A stretch of DNA of 57,549 nucleotides from an uncultured virus (IMG/VR IMGVR_UViG_3300044294_000547) (IMGVR_UViG_3300044294_000547), one strand, 5' to 3'. Positions 36,982 through 46,819 are shown, numbered from the stretch's first letter. A program made the numbers and translations. The notes: a model not told the origin generated them from the sequence alone.

Positions 36982-38039
36982 CTAAGAAGCTTCACATACT
37001 CAGCACTGGCGTCCTAGCAAATGATCCTCTGATTGAATGGGGAGCAGAGAATCTCAGGGCAAGTACGGTGCACCAGTCCTTTTTGGCAGACTGGACAATC
37101 GTCACTCACAACGAAGAGCGTGCAGACAAATGCGTACACCAGGCCAGGTCCGCGCCGCTCGACGTGACCGTGATGATAGACGAGGAGAGCAGGACGGACA
37201 GGACAAGCGCTACACGTAGAGCCCTCCTTGAGTTTCCTAAGGGAGAGTTGGTATGGATGTTTCCAGAAGGACTGATACCCTGTCCTCAGGCAGGTCTTAA
37301 GATGAGGGAGGCGGTTGAGTCGTCATTTATGATCGCATATGAGGGAGAAAAATGTGGAGGCCTTGACCATATTGTGTTTGATCGGCCTTCTGATGATATT
37401 CTTGCAACAAACAAGTCGATGCTCGCATTCTTTGACAAAATCAGGAAGAAGGGTAAATCAAGACCTGCTGATGATGTTGTTATTACAAGAGGAGCCACAA
37501 CAGATCTCGAGCGTCTTTCAGTCATATATTGGACTTTAAAATACCATCAACATCACTATACTGATGTTTATGAAAAGTTGCTACAAGGAATGCGATTCGA
37601 TGAAATATCTTTGCTAGAAATCGGCGTTGCCCAAGGGGCAGCCCTGCGCACCTTTAGAGACTTTTTACCCAAGGCAAATGTGTTTGGACTAGATATTTAC
37701 CCCGAGTCAGTGCTGAAAGAACCTAGAATCAAGGCCATCGTAGGCGATTCTACCGAGCAGCAAACTGCAGAAGAATTACTTGCACTCAACAAAGGCAAAA
37801 ATTTCGATGTAATCATAGATGACGCTAGTCATTATGCAGAACATCAGGTTCAGACATTTGAAAAAATGTGGAGTACGCTTTCTTCGGGTGGTATGTACAT
37901 GATAGAGGATATATGGGGAGTCGACATACTTGAGAAAGGCATTACGGAATCAGTGCCTGGAGTCACAATTGAGAAGTTCGACTTGCGGAATAAATCTGGA
38001 TACGGAGACTCTATGATATTCCTTATGCGTAAACCCTGA
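36978..38039 (+). CDS. Protein with C-terminal class I SAM-dependent (sugar O-) methyltransferase domain
   Basis: HHYTDVYE, LLEIGV, GLDI, FDVIIDDASH, GGMYMIEDI. Confidence 0.8.
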   Translation: MTKKLHILSTGVLANDPLIEWGAENLRASTVHQSFLADWTIVTHNEERADKCVHQARSAPLDVTVMIDEESRTDRTSATRRALLEFPKGELVWMFPEGLIPCPQAGLKMREAVESSFMIAYEGEKCGGLDHIVFDRPSDDILATNKSMLAFFDKIRKKGKSRPADDVVITRGATTDLERLSVIYWTLKYHQHHYTDVYEKLLQGMRFDEISLLEIGVAQGAALRTFRDFLPKANVFGLDIYPESVLKEPRIKAIVGDSTEQQTAEELLALNKGKNFDVIIDDASHYAEHQVQTFEKMWSTLSSGGMYMIEDIWGVDILEKGITESVPGVTIEKFDLRNKSGYGDSMIFLMRKP

Positions 38040-38046
38040 CTGATAG

Positions 38047-39180
38047 TCATTGGATCAGGGCATCAATAAATCCGTAGGGCTCTCCCAATTTTGGTATTTC
38101 GTATCCAACTATGACATCACCTAATTTCCATCGGTATCGGTTTTTATACCCGTTACCCCAGTCGATTTCCATTCCATCTGGTATCGATTTCCAAAATGCA
38201 GGTGCAACCGTGCCTGCAGGTGGGTTAGAGATTATCCGCACAGAATTATCGGAAACGATTGAAAACTTAGGACGCTCTAGAAGCTTGAACGGGTGATGCC
38301 TTCCAGCATGCCAATAGGCCAAGAACACACCCTGCTGCATGGGCTTTTCGATATAATCTCTTGCCTTGAACCCCTTGAATAACTTAGAGAACAGGCAGTC
38401 AATCATGTCGTCATGCGTGTTGAAAGGGGCCTTTTTAACCGTTCTGAGCACGTCCTGAAGCGAAACATTCCATGCGGTGTCGGTCCAATGAATGTGCCAC
38501 AGTCTTCCCTGATCATGAAATCCGTGGTAGTCTAAAAAATTAGGCCATTGCTGACAGTTGCATTGAGACCCATTTATGTGGTTTGCCCCTACTAGCCATG
38601 CCAGCATAGACGCCTGAAGGTCACATGGGGTTGGTATTCCCACCGTATCTTGATTTAAAAATGGAGAAAATCTATATATGGCTTTGGATTCATCCGATCC
38701 ATTTATTCTCTTTACTAACGATTTGTTCATCACAGAAATCTCATACCCAAGCCACATCTCACATAGGTCGCGTCCTCCTACGAAGGATCCAGCATGTTTT
38801 TTAAATTCTGATACCCACGACTCGGGAAAATGTCTTCCTGGCCAGGCAGTCCACAGGTGCGGCTTTGGATTATCTATGCCATGACGAAGACAAGATACCA
38901 TGTGGTCTACATCCGTAAGCGAATCATCGTCACAGAACACAACCAAATCGGAATCCTCGTCTAACATTCCCTCGGCTATCAACTTGATATGCCTATCGGC
39001 AACTCTCGTATGGCTCCAATCTATCCATTCCCACGCAGGAGGGAGGGTGTCTGGCCTTTTTCCCTCGCCAATAAAACGTATGTAAACATCGTGACCTGTG
39101 TTTTTGATGCCGCCATGCTGCAGCACCTGATGGCGCATATGAAATTTACTAGATGATATGATGTTAAATGAAACTTTCAT
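38047..39180 (-). CDS. Putative GT-A glycosyltransferase (paralog of 39183..40304)
   Basis: FCDDDS DxD motif; shares WxDWSHxRVADRHI, LWxGYE and TPCDxQxSxLAWL with its neighbour. Confidence 0.6.
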   Translation of the reverse strand: MKVSFNIISSSKFHMRHQVLQHGGIKNTGHDVYIRFIGEGKRPDTLPPAWEWIDWSHTRVADRHIKLIAEGMLDEDSDLVVFCDDDSLTDVDHMVSCLRHGIDNPKPHLWTAWPGRHFPESWVSEFKKHAGSFVGGRDLCEMWLGYEISVMNKSLVKRINGSDESKAIYRFSPFLNQDTVGIPTPCDLQASMLAWLVGANHINGSQCNCQQWPNFLDYHGFHDQGRLWHIHWTDTAWNVSLQDVLRTVKKAPFNTHDDMIDCLFSKLFKGFKARDYIEKPMQQGVFLAYWHAGRHHPFKLLERPKFSIVSDNSVRIISNPPAGTVAPAFWKSIPDGMEIDWGNGYKNRYRWKLGDVIVGYEIPKLGEPYGFIDALIQ

Positions 39181-39182
39181 GA

Positions 39183-40304
39183 TTACTTAAAAAACAGACA
39201 CATCATTGTTGACACTTTTGTGGTATTATAATTGCATGTTTTATATAAATATCCAACATATCCACCTGACATTTGCCAGCAAAACTTGTACACATCACCG
39301 TCGGTTTCTACCAAAAAGCCATCATCACAACTTTGCCATTTTGAAAGCACATTATTCCAAAAAACATCTCCATGGTTTTTTTCACTACAAGAGAACTTGA
39401 CAGGAAGTTTTGCATTTATCATGCTTCCTCCTGTCCAAGGAGCGAAGAACATACCCAAGTCGTATTCCTTATCTATGATAGATTTAGCTTTGATACCAAA
39501 ATGCAACTTTGGAAAAAGATGACCAACCAATTCTTCTTTATTAGCAAATGGACCCGAGACCAAAGCTCGACCGATGTTTTTTTTATTATGTGTTTCGCTT
39601 CTTCCCACTCCATGTATGTGCCATAGTGATCCACTGTTGATTAACCCAGAATAGTCTAAATAGTGAGGATGCTGATGGGCCATCGATTTGGACTGTCCTA
39701 CATGTTTGGCGTCCAACAGCCATGCCAATACAGATATTTGTATGTCACATGGAGTATTAGATGCGGTTGTTGATCCATCCAGGTAGGAAGAAAAATCAAA
39801 AACTCTTTTAGCCAATTCGGATTTGTTCATAAGTGATGCAAGTTTATTGTTCACAAGAGCAGCTTCATATCCAATCCAAAGACTGTTTCTCTCCTTTCGT
39901 GGCATGAGATTTTGCACAGACCGTTGCAAAGCATCGAACCAGTGTTGATGGCATATTTCTCCCAGCGCAGGGGTCCATATGCAAGAAGTGTCTTGAGAGC
40001 AGGTGCTCAGAGCATAATTCACCATGTGATCGATATTTGTGGCTGAATCGTCATCGCAGAACAAATGAAAATCGTAACCATCATCTAGCCCATGATTGGC
40101 AATCATGTGGATGTGGCGGTCAGCCACCCTGATGTGGGACCAGTCTAGCCAGTTCCAATCGCTTGGTACGCAATTAGGTTTTAGACCCTCACCCAAGACA
40201 TTAACACAAACATCATGTTTCTTAAAACGCAATCCGCCACATGAAAGCAAATTAATTCTGTCTGCGTACTTGCTCGATCCAATGACATTAACAGCTATCT
40301 TCAT
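39183..40304 (-). CDS. Putative GT-A glycosyltransferase (paralog of 38047..39180)
   Basis: LFCDDDS; colinear similarity with the neighbouring ORF. Confidence 0.6.
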   Translation of the reverse strand: MKIAVNVIGSSKYADRINLLSCGGLRFKKHDVCVNVLGEGLKPNCVPSDWNWLDWSHIRVADRHIHMIANHGLDDGYDFHLFCDDDSATNIDHMVNYALSTCSQDTSCIWTPALGEICHQHWFDALQRSVQNLMPRKERNSLWIGYEAALVNNKLASLMNKSELAKRVFDFSSYLDGSTTASNTPCDIQISVLAWLLDAKHVGQSKSMAHQHPHYLDYSGLINSGSLWHIHGVGRSETHNKKNIGRALVSGPFANKEELVGHLFPKLHFGIKAKSIIDKEYDLGMFFAPWTGGSMINAKLPVKFSCSEKNHGDVFWNNVLSKWQSCDDGFLVETDGDVYKFCWQMSGGYVGYLYKTCNYNTTKVSTMMCLFFK

Positions 40305-40310
40305 AAGTCT

Positions 40311-41153
40311 TCACCTCAAGTAGTCTTTCACAAAACCATCTTCGCATATATCCATCTTGACCACTCTGTCAAGATTGTCAGCTATTGCATGCATTCTTTC
40401 TCTGTAAATGTCATAATTTAGTATAGACAAGTCAGTTTCTTTGTTGAGCAATATGATTCCATCCATATTGAAATGTCTTCCAATTGACGGGTTTCCAATA
40501 TATATTGGAATTGTGCCCGTGGCAAAACAGTCAGTTATTTTTTCAGTGAAGTAGTCAGAGTAACAGGAATTCTCTATCACAACACTGAACATATAGTCTT
40601 TGAGCCCATCTAGCTTTGAAGCATGGTGATAAAACTCCCCAGACTTTACGCCTATCTGTCTACTCCCACAGGCACCGCCAAAAAGTTCAAGTTTGTCTTT
40701 TAGTTTTTCAGCCCATTTTAGCCTTCTCACATGGCCGGGTGTCATGTTTACGGTAGAGCAAATCATCGACATTCTTTTGCTTTTTGGATATATCTTACAT
40801 TCAGACTCAATCGTCCATGGCGTGTTGCTCGCAGGAAGACTTTTTAGAAAAAAACATGGGTCTAATGCCACAAGTTGGTCATCGCAAGTGAACATGGCTT
40901 TGTAGGAATTTTTATAGCAAGGTAGATTGTCAACAACATGTTGATGGAGTTCAGAGAGCACTCCCCTAGATTTTAAAAACCACCCATATTTGTTGTTGTG
41001 CTTTTTGCTAAGCAAGCCATCATATATGCCACGGTCTATGTAAATCTGTATGTCTCGCTGCTCGCGTGTCCATCGGAATAGTTTTGGCTTTCTTTTTCCG
41101 CATGAAGAAAATTCCGGAAAGAAAGGGAAGCCAATTCCTTGTATTTCTAGCAT
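40311..41153 (-). CDS. GT10 (alpha-1,3-fucosyltransferase-like) glycosyltransferase
   Basis: KDYMFSVVIENS..SDYFTEKITDCFATGTIPIYIG. Confidence 0.85.
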   Translation of the reverse strand: MLEIQGIGFPFFPEFSSCGKRKPKLFRWTREQRDIQIYIDRGIYDGLLSKKHNNKYGWFLKSRGVLSELHQHVVDNLPCYKNSYKAMFTCDDQLVALDPCFFLKSLPASNTPWTIESECKIYPKSKRMSMICSTVNMTPGHVRRLKWAEKLKDKLELFGGACGSRQIGVKSGEFYHHASKLDGLKDYMFSVVIENSCYSDYFTEKITDCFATGTIPIYIGNPSIGRHFNMDGIILLNKETDLSILNYDIYRERMHAIADNLDRVVKMDICEDGFVKDYLR

Positions 41154-41159
41154 TACGTT

Positions 41160-41699
41160 TTACACCATTCTATCTTTTCGGAATAGCCAGCTAGAGTCTC
41201 CGAATGTAGCGTGGGGCTGTCCTATTGCTTTTATCACTGCTGCCGAAACAGTAGGCATCCACGTGAAGTCGTGCCCAGAAATGATGTACTTGGCACGAGG
41301 TTTCCAAAAAGCAATATCAGATGCAACGCAATCCGGAAGGTGACATCCGTCTATGTATACAAAATCCACGCTCTGCAGATTCTGATGACTTGCAAAGTCA
41401 GAGGATGTGCCTTTTAGTTTTATGATGCGAGAATAGTCACTGACAAGAACATCAAAAGTCTCTTCTGCGACATCAAGTGCATATTGGGAGCGAGATGAAG
41501 GATCAGTGTCGTCATATCCAGCTTTCCATGGGTCAATTCCATAGACGGTCGCGTTTGGGAACTCCTCGCTGAATATGAATGTTGACTCTCCGGCGTGGGC
41601 GCCAACATCAACCACGGAACTGATGTTGAATCCATTATCCTTCACCCACCTACACAAATCTCTCAAACCCGAATCTAGAAAACCAAATCTCATCGGCAT
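41160..41699 (-). CDS. Class I SAM-dependent methyltransferase (Methyltransf_24-like), paralog of 34612..35163
   Basis: VDVGAHAGEST, GIDPW, YIDGCH, ISGHDF. Confidence 0.85.
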   Translation of the reverse strand: MPMRFGFLDSGLRDLCRWVKDNGFNISSVVDVGAHAGESTFIFSEEFPNATVYGIDPWKAGYDDTDPSSRSQYALDVAEETFDVLVSDYSRIIKLKGTSSDFASHQNLQSVDFVYIDGCHLPDCVASDIAFWKPRAKYIISGHDFTWMPTVSAAVIKAIGQPHATFGDSSWLFRKDRMV

Positions 41700-41723
41700 G
41701 TCAGATCTCTTTCTGTATAGTTG

Positions 41724-41731
41724 TTATCGGC
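41724..41731 (-). promoter_or_regulatory. Sigma-28-type -10 element GCCGATAA
   Basis: Exact FliA consensus -10, 24 nt upstream of ATG 41699; the -35 position reads CCAA rather than TAAA. Confidence 0.45.
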
Positions 41732-41825
41732 AAATCGACTTTGTATTTGGATAAATGCAAAAATCAACAATGATTAGGTCATAGATGAAGATCGTTTTGC
41801 ATTTATTTGCTAGCATGATGGCAGA

Positions 41826-41861
41826 TTCTATTTCCCCTGCCATTTCTATTTCCCCTGCCAT
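41826..41861. repeat. Perfect 18-bp tandem repeat
   Basis: ttctatttcccctgccat twice, intergenic. Confidence 0.9.
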
Positions 41862-41889
41862 CCTAATCTCACCCTAGCGAATTTTTACC

Positions 41890-41922
41890 AATAAAAATGG
41901 CTCCAGGAGAATTCCTGGAGCC
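41890..41922 (-). terminator. Intrinsic terminator
   Basis: 10-bp stem ggctccagga/tcctggagcc; the minus strand continues ATTTTTATT, downstream of 41943..42245. Confidence 0.75.
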
Positions 41923-41942
41923 CTAGCAGCCGAAGCTTTGTG

Positions 41943-42245
41943 TCAGCGCATGGTGTTCTGCGTGGCTGCTGCAGCCTCAGCCTCGCTGACAATCTGATAC
42001 ACCTTGCGCAGCACAGCCACCCACTGGCCCTGCATTGCCACATACATCTCGCGCTGAACCCAGATCTCAGCCTGCGAGTTCTTCAGCGCAAGGCGCAACG
42101 CCTCTGCTTCCTTCGCCCTCATCTCCGCCCTTGATCTTGCCTGCTCTAACTCGTTCATGATCGCCTTGATGCACTCCTGCTCATCCTGGTCAACCTGCTG
42201 GAACCCTGCTGCACGTATGCGGTTTTTTAGTTGTCCGTCAATCAT
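41943..42245 (-). CDS. Coiled-coil hypothetical protein
   Basis: Heptad-rich 100 aa ORF followed by a terminator. Confidence 0.7.
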   Translation of the reverse strand: MIDGQLKNRIRAAGFQQVDQDEQECIKAIMNELEQARSRAEMRAKEAEALRLALKNSQAEIWVQREMYVAMQGQWVAVLRKVYQIVSEAEAAAATQNTMR

Positions 42246-42270
42246 GATTAAATTATACGCTCATCGACAA

Positions 42271-42344
42271 CGGGACTGGCGGGACTCGAACCCCCAACCT
42301 GCCGCTTAGAAGGCGGCTGCTCTTTCCAATTGAGCTACAGCCCC
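42271..42344 (-). tRNA. tRNA-Arg(UCU)
   Basis: GGGGCTG TA GCTC AATTGGAAA GAGC A GCCGC CT-TCT-AA GCGGC AGGTT GGGGG TTCGAGT CCCGC CAGTCCC G; one T-stem mismatch; CCA not encoded. Confidence 0.93.
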
Positions 42345-42351
42345 GAATTCA

Positions 42352-42726
42352 TCAGCAGCAAGATTTGCAGAGTGTCATGTACCACGAACCATCTTTGATC
42401 ATGGAACTAGGCACTCCGCATACCTCACAGATCACTCAAGACATTGACTCTGCCATTTTTATCATGCCATCGATCTCCTGCGGTTGCCGACCTGGCGTGT
42501 ACACCCTCAGGGTTCCAAACTTCTCCTCCACCTGCACCACAGAAAAAAGTTCCTCTTCTGGCTCCTCCATGTGACCCTCAAGAAGAGGATCTAGCAACTT
42601 GAAAAGCCGATCAAGGAGCACATCCCATCTAGTGCCGCAACTGATGTCAGCATCTAGCAACGGAGACCTGTCGTGCCACCTCGACCTTAGATCTTCTTTG
42701 GACTTGATCTCTTCACTGTCGTGCAT
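42352..42726 (-). pseudogene. Conserved phage protein (QVxEKFGTLRxY...CExCG...WxxTLC family) interrupted by an in-frame TGA
   Basis: The ORF stops at TGA 42438-42436, but the same frame continues VICEVCGVPSSMIKDGSWYMTLCKSCC to a stop at 42354-42352. Confidence 0.7.
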
Positions 42727-42742
42727 GCAGTCATGTCTCCAA

Positions 42743-42815
42743 TGACACCTCTGGGGATCGAACCCAGGACTTAACGGTTAAAAGCCGCTTGCTCTACCAG
42801 CTGAGCTAAGGTGTC
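42743..42815 (-). tRNA. tRNA-Lys(UUU)
   Basis: GACACCT TA GCTC AGCTGGTA GAGC A AGCGG CT-TTT-AA CCGTT AAGTC CTGGG TTCGATC CCCAG AGGTGTC A; CCA not encoded. Confidence 0.95.
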
Positions 42816-42821
42816 TTGTGA

Positions 42822-43253
42822 TTAGCGGGTGCTCCATTTTGAATTTTGATCTCCACCCTGGTCGGATGGCGGCGAACAATAAAGACCTCTGTGCAAAAAG
42901 TGCTCCTCATGTCGTGTAAAGCCAAATGTTTCTTGGGCGAATTTCATGACCTCATCAGAATCAAAATGCCTGCATGAGTACACATCTAGGGTGATAAATC
43001 GTGTGGGCTCCATAGAATGTATCTGAATTCCGCTCTCCACAAGTGGAACCCATACGCTCACCCCGCTTTTGTCGGGAAACATCTCCACACCCCTACTTCT
43101 TGGTCCGTGGATAACGAATGGAGCAGACATCTTGGTCATCCCAAGCCTGTCCACTAGAGTTTCTAGGAACCTGTAGTGCAGTTCAAGGTCGTTTGCCGCG
43201 CCCTTTTTGTTGTTGTACATGTCTAGAAGATACGAGTATCCAAAGGGTATCAT
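42822..43253 (-). CDS. speD: S-adenosylmethionine decarboxylase proenzyme (pyruvoyl-dependent)
   Basis: SGVSVWVPLVES-GIQIHS autocleavage region, ITLDVYSC. Confidence 0.8.
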   Translation of the reverse strand: MIPFGYSYLLDMYNNKKGAANDLELHYRFLETLVDRLGMTKMSAPFVIHGPRSRGVEMFPDKSGVSVWVPLVESGIQIHSMEPTRFITLDVYSCRHFDSDEVMKFAQETFGFTRHEEHFLHRGLYCSPPSDQGGDQNSKWSTR

Positions 43254-43400
43254 ACCTTCTACATCTCCTGTATATTTTTCGACTTGAGTCTTTCCACCTC
43301 AATTACCAACTGCTAGACAAGTATGTGGGCATCCTTCACCAGTCTTGAAAGCCGTGATGACTCCACCTCTGAGCGGAGCAACTTCCTGATGGTGGATATT

Positions 43401-43898
43401 TCACTTGGATTGAGGTGACTCAGCGGCATCTTCGGTCTTTGCACGGACAAACTCCTGTCGGGGCATGTATGGGAAAGACACCTCTCTTGCCTCGACGCCC
43501 TGAGGAGTGTTCTGATCTGAAATGAGCACCACAGCATGGGCATCGAACGAGGTTCCATCCGCCCGACGGAATACATGAACGCAGCGGGTGTTCTGCTGTT
43601 TTCCCTCGACATCAGCAGGATGCCATTCATCTTCTGCCCCCGTGAGCGGGGTGATGACCTGCATTTGGGAGAGACGACCGAATAGAGAAGACGCAAGCCA
43701 CCTGCTTCGGTCGTCTCCAGGAAGTCCATCAAGGATCTCAAGCATCCTCAGCACTGACCTCTCGATGCGTATGATCCAGGGGTCTGTTGCGGAGCCCTGT
43801 CCAGCAGACTCTCTTGCCGTGGTGGCAGTTTTAAACTCCGAACGGGCAAAATCCGTAAGCATCGATGCGTTCAATTCCTTTACAACTTCAGTTGTCAT
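43401..43898 (-). CDS. Conserved phage hypothetical protein
   Basis: ITPLTGAEDEW...QNTRCVHVFR motif; GAGGAG SD. Confidence 0.7.
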   Translation of the reverse strand: MTTEVVKELNASMLTDFARSEFKTATTARESAGQGSATDPWIIRIERSVLRMLEILDGLPGDDRSRWLASSLFGRLSQMQVITPLTGAEDEWHPADVEGKQQNTRCVHVFRRADGTSFDAHAVVLISDQNTPQGVEAREVSFPYMPRQEFVRAKTEDAAESPQSK

Positions 43899-44251
43899 GA
43901 CTGTTTCTCCTCATTTTTGTTGATGATTTCTTCAATAATATTACGATATTCTTTGACCCCACTGAGACCCGTGATCCGCCGTCTCTCCTGTCCGCCGTAC
44001 CACAAGGTGACAGTGGGCAAAGCCTGTATGGAGTTTTTCCTAGCAAAGTCAACATTTGAATCACAGTCTAGCTTGACCACGCGGGCACGCCCCGCGTATT
44101 CGGTAGCGAGTTGGTCCATGGTGGTGGCGAGCATTCGGCACGGACCGCACCAGTGCGCCCACCAGTCAACCAATACAGGTACATCAGACTTTATGACAAG
44201 TGCCTCAAAGTCGGCAGCGTCTATCTTATGGGCTTTGTGCTGCGTGATCAT
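43895..44251 (-). CDS. trxA: Thioredoxin
   Basis: VLVDWWAHWCGPCRML, IQALPTV; start moved to ATG 44251. Confidence 0.92.
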   Translation of the reverse strand: MITQHKAHKIDAADFEALVIKSDVPVLVDWWAHWCGPCRMLATTMDQLATEYAGRARVVKLDCDSNVDFARKNSIQALPTVTLWYGGQERRRITGLSGVKEYRNIIEEIINKNEEKQS

Positions 44252-44624
44252 GTCACCAATCTTACGACCGTGGCGTGTCAGTTCTGGACGGCAAGCAAAT
44301 TTTTCCACTCTTTGGAACCGCTAGGTCAAAGGCCCTTTTGATGCCCTCTTTGCTAGACTCTGGAGCCACCCTGATAATCCCCCTGAGTCTGTCGAGCCAG
44401 TTTGCAACCGCATCTAGATACATCTAGAGGATGGTGTGTAGGATACTGACGGGTTGCTCATGCACATGTCCACGGCAAGTTTCTCTAGCGCCGGCCATGG
44501 CTTGCTAGAGTTTGGCATCTAGTTTGATATAGTCGTGCCCCCGTGCGCCCCATGTGGGTAATTGTTAAGAATGAGTGGTATGTTTTCGGAGGTCAAAAGT
44601 TGAATGAACTTGGTCTGCTGGTAG

Positions 44625-45635
44625 TCATCGATGCAAATCCATTATGATGTCTATCTCATCTTGCAGTTCTGATATCTTCTTTTCGCAACATTTGGCATCC
44701 CCACAGTTACGAAAGTCGGGGATCTCCAATTTGTCCAATTCATGATGAAGGTCGTCAGAGCGCATGTAACCTTTTGCATCTGATATCATCATTGCTGCCA
44801 AGTTCTCGCTGTCTCTGCATATGTCTTCCATGGGCATATTGTAGTTAGACTTTGCTCTCTTCCACCAACTTGCGGCATCGGCGCCCTTGAGTTGGTGGTG
44901 TGATGTCATGTGCGGCTTCTTTCCAACTCTATTCTTCTTCTCTGCAGTTCTCTTCTGTCTTGTTGCTCTTTTCTTTTCATCATCGGTCATGCCGTGCGAT
45001 GTTGATGGGGTCTGGCGAGACACTTTTTTAGATGGACGACATTTTGGGTACGCCCCCTTTGAGGCATCACTTCTTCCACAGGGCGGGTGCTTGCCATCCT
45101 CGTCTCTGCGCGATATGTCAACCCACTTCTCCTTGAACCATCTATCAAGGCTAGCAACCTTACCCATGCTGTCTTTTACCTCTTCGTATGTCTCAGAGAA
45201 TACTGCGCTATCGATTCTGTAGAAACCCCTATCTCCGTCCCGCATCAGTTGGTCCCCTGGTTTGAGCACCATGTCTTCCCCCCATGATGCCTTGAAGCTT
45301 ATCTCTTCTGGCCCCCTATACAGGGCCGCATATCTGATGTCCCCTTTGGGTCTGATATCTCCACCAATTTCCCCATCGTACTTGTTACTGAAATTATCCT
45401 TATCAATGACATATACTTCGCTCTTGGGACCAGATATGAGTATGTCCCCCGGCATCCCCTCCTTCGAGGTCTTGTCGAGGTCGGTCACTATCCTCTCCTT
45501 GCTCATCAGCACCGTGTAGGTGAGCGGCTGCATATTATCGTAATCGGCATCAGGCATATATCTGTAATTGATAGTTAATTTCTTCCTGACAGGTCTGAAT
45601 TTAAGTTTTGACGCTATTTCTTCAATGTTTGCCAT
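44625..45635 (-). CDS. Multi-module phage protein (PGDYG-like repeats, RWFKEKWV...YPKCRP domain, acidic tail)
   Basis: GMPGDILISGPKSEVY and KPGDQLMR repeats; modules separated by KVAS and SWWKRAKS. Confidence 0.7.
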   Translation of the reverse strand: MANIEEIASKLKFRPVRKKLTINYRYMPDADYDNMQPLTYTVLMSKERIVTDLDKTSKEGMPGDILISGPKSEVYVIDKDNFSNKYDGEIGGDIRPKGDIRYAALYRGPEEISFKASWGEDMVLKPGDQLMRDGDRGFYRIDSAVFSETYEEVKDSMGKVASLDRWFKEKWVDISRRDEDGKHPPCGRSDASKGAYPKCRPSKKVSRQTPSTSHGMTDDEKKRATRQKRTAEKKNRVGKKPHMTSHHQLKGADAASWWKRAKSNYNMPMEDICRDSENLAAMMISDAKGYMRSDDLHHELDKLEIPDFRNCGDAKCCEKKISELQDEIDIIMDLHR

Positions 45636-45796
45636 GCGACCCTCTGTGTATTAGTATTTATATAAATTAATTATACACACCTTTAAGACGCGTTAAGATC
45701 CTTTTATCAATATGTATTCATAGAGTGACATTACTATTTTTTATTTGTTGCCGTTTGAAGAATGTGCTGATGCACCCCTTCAAGAAAAAAATAAAA

Positions 45797-46819
45797 TTAC
45801 AGATTTATTATTTTGCTGTCGAATATCCCTGCCGACCTCAAGCCAGAAATAAATGATTCACCCATTGCCCCTGGGCCCCATGTGCTGAGGGCAAACATTG
45901 AGCATTTTTCCCTGTCAAGTTGCATAGCAAGCATAGCAGACTTACGAAGATTGCTGTCACAAAATCCTGTTATGCCGTCAGCGATGCTCTCGTCAGTTGC
46001 TTTGTTTTTAAAACCAACAGAAGGCAGTCCACAGCATGCAGCTTCCAAGCAGACAAGACCAAGCGTGTCAGACATGCTTGGAAATACAAGACACCTGTGC
46101 CTACGCATCTGATCTGCTAGAGAAAATTTGTCAAGCCTTCCGAGCATTCTTATGTTTTTGTGTTTTAGCATCTCATGATGCTCCATAGGACCTGATCCTG
46201 CAATTGAAACAAGAAGCCCGACATTAGCTAGTTCTCTTAGATGTTCTAATCCTTTTTCGGGAGATATTCTGCCTGCAAAAAGCAATTGTCCATCCAATTC
46301 AGAATATTCATATTTAAAGCATCTGTCCACGCCTCCGCGTAATACTGCAGATTTTTTCCCCCCAAGTGAACACGCAAATGAGTCTTTTGAGTTTCTGAAG
46401 AATCTGACATCAACTTTTGCTGTCCTTTTCGTGAGCCATCTTCCGAAAAGACCCCCTAATATTGGGATCATATTATTGAAAATAGAATCCCAATCTGTGT
46501 GACTGCATGAACTGGTTGTTATACCCCTCTTTTTTGCAATTGTTAGACCGCATAGTCCCACTATCCCCTCTGTAGCAATATGGACATGTTCAGGTTCAAA
46601 TAAGTCTATCTTATTTTTCACAATCGACCATGCCGATAGCGGCGTGGCAATCGATAAGCCCGGACTGAATCGACCAGCAGGTATGCATTTTATCCCTTCA
46701 AGATCAACCACCTGAACTTCATGTCCCATAGAAGACAACTCCGATGAGAGCCTGCTGACACCGACTGCAACTCCGTTCATCTGTCCCGAGTCAGTGTCTG
46801 TGACTATAGAGATCTTCAT
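45797..46819 (-). CDS. GT4 glycosyltransferase (Agt-like glycolipid synthase)
   Basis: MKISIVTD..QMNGV, HIATEG, FAGRISPEKGL, VFPSMSDTLGLVCLEAACCGLP; start 46819 overlaps the upstream TGA. Confidence 0.85.
   Translation of the reverse strand: MKISIVTDTDSGQMNGVAVGVSRLSSELSSMGHEVQVVDLEGIKCIPAGRFSPGLSIATPLSAWSIVKNKIDLFEPEHVHIATEGIVGLCGLTIAKKRGITTSSCSHTDWDSIFNNMIPILGGLFGRWLTKRTAKVDVRFFRNSKDSFACSLGGKKSAVLRGGVDRCFKYEYSELDGQLLFAGRISPEKGLEHLRELANVGLLVSIAGSGPMEHHEMLKHKNIRMLGRLDKFSLADQMRRHRCLVFPSMSDTLGLVCLEAACCGLPSVGFKNKATDESIADGITGFCDSNLRKSAMLAMQLDREKCSMFALSTWGPGAMGESFISGLRSAGIFDSKIINL

Noticed and set aside
44310..44620. About 300-bp gap upstream of trxA as an ncRNA
   Set aside because: Only scattered short stems; no convincing fold, and a decayed ORF is equally plausible
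45655..45662. TATAAATA as a T4 gp55 late promoter
   Set aside because: I saw it at only one operon head, in very AT-rich DNA; better explained as a variant of the AGG-N17 motif
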